Assembly: GCA_035760765.1 (NCBI GenBank)
Contig: DASTSJ010000188.1
Location: 1-32,350 of the forward strand
Length of the DNA stretch: 32,350 bases
Direction of reading: 5' to 3'
Origin: Edaphobacter sp.
GTDB lineage: Bacteria; Acidobacteriota; Terriglobia; Terriglobales; Acidobacteriaceae
The position numbers and the translations under genes are program-made. This document shows, in pieces, positions 16,803 through 26,447 of this stretch (the stretch's first letter is position 1; the number at the start of each line of letters is the position of its first letter). The notes under the pieces were generated by a model. That model worked only from the letters and a program-made list of their open reading frames with translations. It made no database searches and was not told the DNA's origin.

Positions 16803-17447
16803 CTACTTACGGACCAAGTTGCGATTCACTGCCTGCACGCTTAGCGCGATCCGGTTCTCGACTCCCATCTTCCTCATGAGTCTTCCAACGTGTGCCTTCA
16901 CCGTGGCGGCGTCGATTCCGAGAGCCTCTGCGATCTCGCGGTTCGGCCGACCCGCGACCAGCAATTCCAGCACCTGAGTCTCCCGCTCGGTGAACCTCGG
17001 CTCAGTCAGCGGGCCTCGCCTGACGCCTGCGTTCGCCTCCAAAAGGCGCGCAAGGACTTTTCGTGGAGCCCAAATCGAGCCATCCCGCACGATCTCAATT
17101 GCCAGGCGAATCTCATTCTCACGCGCGGTGTGGGAAAGGTAGCCCTTTGCTCCGGCGCCGATCACCTTTTGAATGTAGTCGTGGTCTTCTTCGAGGCCAA
17201 TGACGATCAGACGAAGATGCGGACGAGAACGCCGGAAGGTGTCCAGCAATTCAAACAAGTGATCGGTGCAGGCTGCATCAACAAGCACAAGAGACACCCC
17301 CGAAGTGTCAAGCGCTCCCGGGCTGGCAACCGTCATCACATCTGCGCCGCCATCTTCCGAGATGATGGTTTGCAAGCCCACCACACGCATTGGATCCGTC
17401 GCAATCAGACCAATACGAAAGGGCTCATCCTGCCTTGTCTCTGTCAT
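16803..17447 (-). CDS. LuxR/NarL-family transcription factor with atypical receiver domain
   Basis: C-terminal 'FTERETQVLELLVAGRPNREIAEALGIDAATVKAHVGRLMRKMGVENR' is a LuxR HTH. The REC-like N-terminus keeps D57 but lacks the acidic pair, the T/S and the Lys. Confidence 0.9.
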   Translation of the reverse strand: MTETRQDEPFRIGLIATDPMRVVGLQTIISEDGGADVMTVASPGALDTSGVSLVLVDAACTDHLFELLDTFRRSRPHLRLIVIGLEEDHDYIQKVIGAGAKGYLSHTARENEIRLAIEIVRDGSIWAPRKVLARLLEANAGVRRGPLTEPRFTERETQVLELLVAGRPNREIAEALGIDAATVKAHVGRLMRKMGVENRIALSVQAVNRNLVRK

Positions 17448-17539
17448 AGCCTCGAGTGAATCGACACATCAACGGATTGCGAGTTTCTCTGAAAGAGAAG
17501 ACGTCTGCGGTAAGGCAACTCGCAACGGGGCCTGTTCTT

Positions 17540-18094
17540 CTAGAGCTTCGGAAGGACGATGCCTTGCTGCTTCTGATATTTTCCGCTTCGGTCCGCGTAG
17601 CTTACCTCGCATGATTCGTCGGACTGAAAAAAGAGAATCTGGCAAAGTCCTTCGTTCGCGTAAACTTTGGCAGGCAGAGGAGTTGTATTCGAGATTTCAA
17701 GTGTTACAAAACCTTCCCATTCCGGCTCGAACGGGGTGACATTGACGATGATCCCACAGCGGGCATAGGTGGATTTGCCGACACAAATAGTAAGAACATC
17801 CCGGGGAATCTTGAAGTACTCGATGGAACGGGCCAACGCGAATGAGTTTGGCGGAACGATGACGCTATCCGCAACGACCGTCACAAACGATCTCTCGTCG
17901 AAGGCCTTCGGATCGATGATCGCGCTGTTCACGTTAGTAAAAATCTTGAATTCGTCGGAGACCCTCAAGTCATAGCCGTACGAAGAAAGACCGTAGGAGA
18001 TGACGCCTTCTCGAACCTGCTTTTCACTGAATGGGGAGATCATTCCGTTTTCCTTCGCCTGCTGGCGAATCCAACGGTCGCTTTTGATTGCCAC
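17540..18094 (-). CDS. dcd: dCTP deaminase
   Basis: 'IKSDRWI', '[13 protein letters not shown]', 'GKSTYARCG', 'PFEPEWEG', '[11 protein letters not shown]'. GTG start. Confidence 0.97.
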   Translation of the reverse strand: MAIKSDRWIRQQAKENGMISPFSEKQVREGVISYGLSSYGYDLRVSDEFKIFTNVNSAIIDPKAFDERSFVTVVADSVIVPPNSFALARSIEYFKIPRDVLTICVGKSTYARCGIIVNVTPFEPEWEGFVTLEISNTTPLPAKVYANEGLCQILFFQSDESCEVSYADRSGKYQKQQGIVLPKL

Positions 18095-18261
18095 GCGCCT
18101 CTACTTCCCTTCTGCCTTCAGCCTCAAGTTTACTTGCTACGCAAGCTCGTTCCTTTAACAATTTATCGCGAGTTGAGCCGGCTTTATGGCAAAATAAGCC
18201 CGGCGGCTCGCTGATGTAGATTGCATCATTAGATTCTTCATCTTACGGTAGCGTTCCGTCA

Positions 18262-18290
18262 TTGACAACGAGATTTCAACTTTCTAATAT
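18262..18290 (+). promoter_or_regulatory. sigma70-type promoter of the HU/IHF gene
   Basis: TTGACA (18262-18267), 17-nt spacer, TAATAT (18285-18290). Confidence 0.75.
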
Positions 18291-18371
18291 CACGGTTACT
18301 TATCCAGGTCGTAGAAAAGTTTCATAACGTATCACTAAAATTTACAGCCCAAAAAGGACGGCGGCCCACAC

Positions 18372-18641
18372 ATGATTAAGCAAGATTTAGTACAAAGGGT
18401 TGTTGAACGCACCGGCCTTCCACGCACAAAAGCAGAGGCTGCGGTGGATGCAATTTTCGAGAGCATGAAGCAGACGTTGGTCGCCGGCGACCGCATCGAA
18501 CTCCGTGGATTTGGTGTTTTCACCGTAAAGCCACGCAAAACCGGCATCGGACGCAATCCGCGTACGGGCGCCGAGGTCACGATCGCTCCAGGTAAGGCGG
18601 TACGGTTCAAACCCGGGAAAGAACTTCACTTGCTCAACTAG
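18372..18641 (+). CDS. HU/IHF family DNA-binding protein
   Basis: 'RIELRGFGVFTVKPRKTGIGRNPRTGAEVTIAPGKAVRFKPGKEL'. AAGGA RBS. Confidence 0.96.
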   Translation: MIKQDLVQRVVERTGLPRTKAEAAVDAIFESMKQTLVAGDRIELRGFGVFTVKPRKTGIGRNPRTGAEVTIAPGKAVRFKPGKELHLLN

Positions 18642-18650
18642 GCTCTGCCA

Positions 18651-18787
18651 TAGGATCTCTGGCACCGTCGAGCAGCGAAGGAATCCAGTGTCTGGAAGGA
18701 CGAGCGAATGCGGTGGCGTCCAAGCCATCTCTTTGCCTGTTTGCGTCTTACTTCGTTGACTCGACGGTCGCTGGACTTTCTGTCCTG
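18651..18787 (+). other. Long imperfect stem-loop (candidate structured RNA) in the HU 3' region
   Basis: 18658-18680 pairs with 18751-18775 (23 bp, two 1-nt bulges), with further outer and inner helices. Non-Watson-Crick pairs are G.U on the plus strand. Confidence 0.55.
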
Positions 18788-18808
18788 ATTGCCCCACTGC
18801 CTCAGGTA

Positions 18809-21301
<2,493 letters not shown>

Positions 21302-21552
21302 ACCTCCAGCTTATCCGGTTCGCATCCTCGAGCGCGGTTTTACTAATGTTTTTAGAATCAACACGGACCACTCCCTCTTTCAACGTTGCATCTAACTTGA
21401 TAGTAGGTAGTTCGACCCCCGAGCAGCCTGCTTGTAGCCCTTTCACCTGGGACATCATCCTCCCTACCTCTACTGCCTTTCAAAAAACATCGATAAGTGG
21501 TCCGCAGCGCACGCTCATCCCATACAGGATGCACTGCGAAGGAGAAATCTGT

Positions 21553-22119
21553 ATGAGATCCATTGATTCAATTGGCCCAGTAAGACTCTCCTGTTTCACC
21601 CTTGTGTTGCTGTGTGTCTCCGGCCAAATGATTGCTGAACCGCTTGGACGCCTGCAGGGGAACCAAGCATATACGGGGTGGCTAAGAATTGCAGATAGAA
21701 CGGCTGTGCAGCGTCGGCCTGCATCAGACCATACGTTTGGTTTGGGGACACCAGAAGTTTTGGGGGCGGGTGCCGTCAGCGACGACTCGTCTGCTCGGTT
21801 GCAGCGCGTCCGCTTTACCTCAAAATATGAGGACGCTTTGACAGAACTCACTCCGGAAATAGGTCGTGCTGCTCCAACGACAGCTAAATCCCATGCGGAT
21901 ACGGATGCCGATCGGGTTCCTGAATCATCGACCCTCTTTCTGTTGGGTCTAGGTCTTGTAGGTCTGGCACAACTACCCGTCCGAAAGCTTGCCAAGAAGT
22001 TCGCGGATCGCCGCCACTCTTTGATTCCCGGCAGAGAAGAACTACCACCCGAGACAGAGATTCCGTTCGCAATCCAGGGAAATCTGCCAGCCGCTGCGGA
22101 GAATCACATCGAAGCGTAA
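21553..22119 (+). CDS. Exported protein with PEP-CTERM-like sorting signal
   Basis: GAAGGAG RBS and an N-terminal hydrophobic signal. 'VPESSTLFLLGLGLVGLAQLPVRKLAKK' starts at V122, followed by a ~40-aa tail. Confidence 0.65.
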   Translation: MRSIDSIGPVRLSCFTLVLLCVSGQMIAEPLGRLQGNQAYTGWLRIADRTAVQRRPASDHTFGLGTPEVLGAGAVSDDSSARLQRVRFTSKYEDALTELTPEIGRAAPTTAKSHADTDADRVPESSTLFLLGLGLVGLAQLPVRKLAKKFADRRHSLIPGREELPPETEIPFAIQGNLPAAAENHIEA

Positions 22120-22140
22120 GGAACCCTAGGTTCCTTACGC
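22114..22140. terminator. Perfect 12-bp hairpin overlapping the stop codon of the PEP-CTERM-like gene
   Basis: GCGTAAGGAACC-cta-GGTTCCTTACGC, in a convergent intergenic region. No U-tract. Confidence 0.5.
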
Positions 22141-22265
22141 CCAAGCAGTCTACAGGCTGTACACCGCAGGTCATCTCATCCTGAGGAACACACTTCTACG
22201 GAGGACGGGCAGGAATCCGTCCAATCTCTCCTTACGAAGTCGACGATTCTCCACACGCAGCCAAT

Positions 22266-22787
22266 CTAGGCAGGCGTTTGCGATGAGATTAAAAGAAGAC
22301 TCACGCTTTTCTCGGTTGTGCGCTTATGTGGTGTCATCCGCGGAACGAAGAGATAGTCTCCCTTCTTGAGCATGACGTTTCTTGCGCCCTCGCTCTCGGG
22401 AGCCAGCCACTCGCCGGGCTTGGTCTGATGGGCGCCTTTGGGAGTTCCCCCCAACTCGTACTTGGTCTCACCATCCAGAACCTGAAAGACATGGTCCCGC
22501 GTCGCATGCCACTCAAACTCCTTGGCCGCCTTCTTGCTCTCTTCGCTCAGAATCATGAGCGTTCCCGGCGCCGTGAGCAGGTTCTTGGTGCTGTGGTTCG
22601 CCTGCACCGCCTTCAGCTCACTGGCCATCTCGCCGGCGCTAAACGTTTTTATTTCAGTAGCCTCAGACGTCTGCCCCATGGCAGAGGCCGAAGAGGCGTG
22701 GAGCATCGCATCGGCAAAAGGAGAGACAGCAGCGGCGGCGATAGGAGCCGTCAGCAGAAAGTTGCGGCGAGTGTGTTTAGTAGCCAT
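22266..22787 (-). CDS. Tat-exported cupin-like protein
   Basis: 'MATKHTRRNFLL' Tat motif. Cupin motifs 'FEWHATRDHVFQVLDG' and 'LKKGDYLFVPRMTPHKR'. Confidence 0.85.
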   Translation of the reverse strand: MATKHTRRNFLLTAPIAAAAVSPFADAMLHASSASAMGQTSEATEIKTFSAGEMASELKAVQANHSTKNLLTAPGTLMILSEESKKAAKEFEWHATRDHVFQVLDGETKYELGGTPKGAHQTKPGEWLAPESEGARNVMLKKGDYLFVPRMTPHKRTTEKSVSLLLISSQTPA

Positions 22788-22870
22788 GCCCAAAAGTGAA
22801 CCACAACCCACGGATAATGCGCTACTGGCAAACAGCCATTCCTAAGGGTCCCGCCTGCTATGCTTCCCGC

Positions 22871-23551
22871 ATGCAGAAGCAGATGACAGTCCTCGGCTAT
22901 GCGGTTCTCTCTCTTCTCCTCGCGGGTTGCACCAGTCAGCCTTCGGCAGATCGTTCTATTCGCACATCCACTCGGTCAGCACAGCGGGCCGCGTTGGCCC
23001 CGGGACAAGCCCAGGCTTTCGATTACTACCTGCTGAATCTCTCCTGGTCGCCTGAGTTCTGCCACTCCCACCCGTCGGACATACAGTGCGCCCAGCATTC
23101 CACGTTTGTCCTGCACGGACTGTGGCCAGAGAACAATAGTGGCAGCTACCCGGAAAACTGCAGCACCAGCCCTGGCCCGTCTGACCCGTCGCAGTACAGC
23201 GACATCTACCCCGACCCTGGCTTGCTCCAGCATGAGTGGAAGACCCACGGAACATGCTCCGGGCTGGCTCCCGATGCCTTCTTCCAGCTCGCACGAACAG
23301 CCTTCCATTCGGTCGCCATTCCAAGCACCCTCGCGAACCTAAATAAGCAGATCTCGCTTCCACCCGCAAAGATCCTCAGCATGTTCACGGAAACGAATCC
23401 ATCTATTCCTGCCAGCAGTCTCGCCATGACCTGCGGCAGCAACTACCTGACCGCGGTCGAAGTCTGCCTGGATAAATCACTGCACCCGGTCGCATGCAGC
23501 GGTGTGCGCTCCTGCCGGGCCAACACCGTCCGGATACCCCCGCCGAGGTAG
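22871..23551 (+). CDS. Ribonuclease T2 family protein, predicted lipoprotein
   Basis: 'FDYYLLNLSWSPEFC', CAS-I 'FVLHGLWP', CAS-II 'LLQHEWKTHGTC', 'VEVCLDK'. Lipobox 'LLLAG/C'. Confidence 0.93.
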   Translation: MQKQMTVLGYAVLSLLLAGCTSQPSADRSIRTSTRSAQRAALAPGQAQAFDYYLLNLSWSPEFCHSHPSDIQCAQHSTFVLHGLWPENNSGSYPENCSTSPGPSDPSQYSDIYPDPGLLQHEWKTHGTCSGLAPDAFFQLARTAFHSVAIPSTLANLNKQISLPPAKILSMFTETNPSIPASSLAMTCGSNYLTAVEVCLDKSLHPVACSGVRSCRANTVRIPPPR

Positions 23552-23606
23552 CTCCTCGCCCTCTCGTCCCCTCGTGTGAATATTTGGCGCGAGAAGACGG
23601 GGAAGG

Positions 23607-24521
23607 TTACGTTTTCGCAGGAGCCTTCAGTCCCATCTCCTTCATGACCATCTGCAGGTCTTTCCACGCCTCGCCCTTCTGCCGCGGATCTCGCAGCAGG
23701 AAGGCCGGATGGTAAGTCACCACCAGCTTCGCTCCGCGGCAGCTGTGCCAGCGGCCCCGCAGACCAGCAAGCGATTGTTTGGCGCCAAGCAGATACGTCG
23801 CCGCCGTCGCCCCAAGCGCCACAATGATCTGGGGCTGCACGATGTCGATCTGCCGGAGCAGGAACTGGCTGCAGGTATTCGCCTCGACCGGCTCGGGAAC
23901 GCGATTTGCGGGCGGCCTGCACTTCACGATGTTTGCGATATACACCTGCTCGCGCTTCAGTCCCATCGCGCCAATCATGTTGTTCAGCAGTTGTCCTGCC
24001 TTGCCGACGAACGGCAACCCCTGTGCATCCTCGTCAGCGCCCGGACCTTCTCCAACGAACATCAGCCGCGCGTTCGGGTCTCCATCCGCGAAGACGATCT
24101 TGTGACGGCCAGCGTACGCCAGCGGGCATCGGGTGCAGTCGCCGATATCCTGCCGGACGGCTTCGAGAGCTGCAGGTTTGTCCGCAGGCGTGAGGCGTAC
24201 CTCAGGCACAGGCGCTAGGTCATTGAAACTGATCAGCTTTGGAATTTCGGGCTCCGAGGACGCTCTCAAAGAGAGCGGAGTTGCAGGAATCGGTTCAAGA
24301 GGCGGCGAAACCGGCCTCGTTGGAGGGAAATCTGAAGCCAGGGTCTGAGCCGGCGACACGATAGGCTGCTGGGTGACGTGAGCGACGACGGGCACCGATA
24401 CCTGCGACTCCGGCTCCGCCTCTTCGAAGACCGGCTCACCCCGGCGGTATAGATCGTAGACGCCCAGGTCGCGAAAGTATTCGACATAGGCGCGCAGCTG
24501 CTGCTCTGCCTCTTCTGCCAT
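23607..24521 (-). CDS. Uracil-DNA glycosylase, family 4 (Fe-S), with Pro-rich N-terminal extension
   Basis: 'CTRCPL', 'FVGEGPG..ED..G.PFVG.AGQLL', '[11 protein letters not shown]', 'TYHPAFLLR'. Confidence 0.95.
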   Translation of the reverse strand: MAEEAEQQLRAYVEYFRDLGVYDLYRRGEPVFEEAEPESQVSVPVVAHVTQQPIVSPAQTLASDFPPTRPVSPPLEPIPATPLSLRASSEPEIPKLISFNDLAPVPEVRLTPADKPAALEAVRQDIGDCTRCPLAYAGRHKIVFADGDPNARLMFVGEGPGADEDAQGLPFVGKAGQLLNNMIGAMGLKREQVYIANIVKCRPPANRVPEPVEANTCSQFLLRQIDIVQPQIIVALGATAATYLLGAKQSLAGLRGRWHSCRGAKLVVTYHPAFLLRDPRQKGEAWKDLQMVMKEMGLKAPAKT

Positions 24522-24558
24522 AGCTTCTATGCTACCGCGGGCAACGGTTTATCTCGTT

Positions 24559-24753
24559 CTAGTGGAGCGAGTCTGGACGCTTCGTGAGGGTGAACTTGAC
24601 GAAGCCCTGCTTGATCTCGTCCTGGGCCACCCGGCAGGCCTTCGTCGACTTTGCAGTGATCAGCGCAGGGGCTCCCGACTGTAGCTGTCGAGCGCGGCGC
24701 GCCGCACCCTTTACCAGGCTGTACTTGTTGTGGAATGCACTCTCTTCCGTCAT
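24559..24753 (-). CDS. rpoZ: RNA polymerase omega subunit
   Basis: 'NKYSLVKGAARRARQLQSGA...KACRVAQDEI'. GGAGG RBS. Canonical position after gmk. Confidence 0.88.
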   Translation of the reverse strand: MTEESAFHNKYSLVKGAARRARQLQSGAPALITAKSTKACRVAQDEIKQGFVKFTLTKRPDSLH

Positions 24754-24832
24754 GGGTAAGTTGCCCTCCCTTGTCGTTTGACTCTATCTCAGCCCAAAAA
24801 CTGCTGCCAGAAAAATAACGGTGGAAATCTGG

Positions 24833-25492
24833 TCACTTTTCTCCAAATGCTTTGAGAACTGCCTTTAGCTTCGGGGAGGCTGCATCCGTCCTGCAGCTGA
24901 GCGCCGTCGCCTCATGCTCAAGCTCGCCACGCTCATACAGGACGATGGCTCGCATCTCCTCCACGGCGTTCTCCAGAACATCGTTGACCAGCGCGTACTT
25001 GTATTCCCAAACGCGCTCCAGTTCGTTGCGCGCACCTGCCAGGCGCTTCTGGATCACGTCTTCATCCGCCATCTTCTCGGCGGCGCTGCGATTCCTCAGC
25101 CGCTTTTCCAGAACCTCGGGGCTGGGAGGAAGAATGAAGATCGAAACTGCTTCCGGCATCTTCCCGATGACCTGCAGGGCTCCCTGCACATCGATGTCGA
25201 GCAGCAGGTCTCTGCCGAGATCCTTCGCGTGCTGCAGTGCCCATCTGGCTGTGCCGTAGTAGTTGCCAAAGACCTCGGCCCACTCCAGGAAGTCGTCGGC
25301 CGCAACCATCCGCTCGAACTGCGCACGGGTGGTGAAGTGATACTCGCGCCCATCCTGCTCAGAGCCGCGCGACGCCCTGGTCGTGTAAGAGATGGAAAAC
25401 TCCAGGCCTTCGACGAGGGTTCGCAGTTGCGTGACCAACGTCGACTTCCCTGAACCGGAGGGCGCTGAGATGATAAAGAGAATTCCCGCCAT
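24833..25492 (-). CDS. gmk: Guanylate kinase
   Basis: 'IISAPSGSGKST', 'SISYTTR', 'DGREYHF', 'GNYYGT', 'LDIDVQGA'. True start is ATG 25492, not 25846. Confidence 0.96.
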   Translation of the reverse strand: MAGILFIISAPSGSGKSTLVTQLRTLVEGLEFSISYTTRASRGSEQDGREYHFTTRAQFERMVAADDFLEWAEVFGNYYGTARWALQHAKDLGRDLLLDIDVQGALQVIGKMPEAVSIFILPPSPEVLEKRLRNRSAAEKMADEDVIQKRLAGARNELERVWEYKYALVNDVLENAVEEMRAIVLYERGELEHEATALSCRTDAASPKLKAVLKAFGEK

Positions 25493-25541
25493 CGACTCCC
25501 TGACTGCTCTTTTGTTCGGATATGAGCCAGTGTAAACGGAA

Positions 25542-26447
25542 CTACTCGAGATTCTGAACCTGTTCGCGCGCCTTCTCGATCTCAGCCTTGATCTCAAGCC
25601 CCAGCTCGGTAATACGTAAGCTGTTTTCTCCGGAAGCCGCGCTCGTCTTCGAGAGCATCGTATTCGCCTCCCGGTTGAGCTCCTGCAGCAGAAAGTCCAT
25701 CCGCTTGCCGAGTTCGCCTCCGGCATCCAGCATGGCAACGAAGCGATCGATGTGCGTCCTGAGGCGGACGATCTCTTCTTCAATATCGCTCTTCTCCGCC
25801 AGAACGGCAGCCTCGGAGAGCAGGCGCTCTTCCGTGACTGGAACACCCGATGTCAGCTCACTAAGTCGTGCGCGCAGACGTTCGAACTGAGCCTCTCGTA
25901 CCCCGTTTCGAAGCGTAGCCATCTCCTCGGCAAAGGATCTGAGCCGCCCCATCGAAGCTCGTAGCTCTGCAGCCAGGACTTCGCCCTCCTGTGCACGGGC
26001 CTCATTCAGTTTTTCGACCAGCGAGGGCATTAGAGCCATGACCTCCTGATCGAGCTCCGGAATTCCCTCGCTGCCAACATTGCTCTCGGCGCTCATCACG
26101 CCCGGGATACGCAATAGAGCGTTGAGATCTGGCTGACTCGAAAGATCGAAGAGACCGGCGGCCTTTCGAAAAGCCGACAGATAGCTTTCGAGTACGTCAG
26201 CGTTCAGCTCAATCTGCGAGCTGGTCTTGCGCTCGACCTGCAGAGTGACCTCAATATGACCGCGCTTCAGGCTCTCTTTGAGGAATCGCCGCAGCTGGAT
26301 CTCCAGCGAGTCGCAGTACGACGGCAGGCGAAGATGCAGATCGAGGAAGCGGTGGTTGACGCTCTTGATCGCGATAGAGAAACCAACCCCTGCATCCGCG
26401 GGGCTGTGCACGCTCGCAAAGCCTGTCATCGAATAGATCTCGCTCAA
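25542..26447 (-). CDS. YicC/YloC family endoribonuclease
   Basis: 'SMTGF', 'KSVNHRFLD', 'DIEEEIVRL', 'GKRMDFLLQELNREANT..SK', 'REQVQNLE'. TTG start overlaps the msbA stop (TTGA). Confidence 0.95.
   Translation of the reverse strand: MSEIYSMTGFASVHSPADAGVGFSIAIKSVNHRFLDLHLRLPSYCDSLEIQLRRFLKESLKRGHIEVTLQVERKTSSQIELNADVLESYLSAFRKAAGLFDLSSQPDLNALLRIPGVMSAESNVGSEGIPELDQEVMALMPSLVEKLNEARAQEGEVLAAELRASMGRLRSFAEEMATLRNGVREAQFERLRARLSELTSGVPVTEERLLSEAAVLAEKSDIEEEIVRLRTHIDRFVAMLDAGGELGKRMDFLLQELNREANTMLSKTSAASGENSLRITELGLEIKAEIEKAREQVQNLE

Noticed and set aside
18651-18787. Calling the rod structure 6S or SRP RNA
   Set aside because: No large two-sided central bubble, shorter than typical 6S, and no SRP GGAA tetraloop with its conserved internal loop. 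Left unnamed.
25493-25846. 118-aa N-terminal extension of gmk
   Set aside because: Off-frame read of the yicC 3' end. Gmk homology begins at MAGILFIISAPSG.
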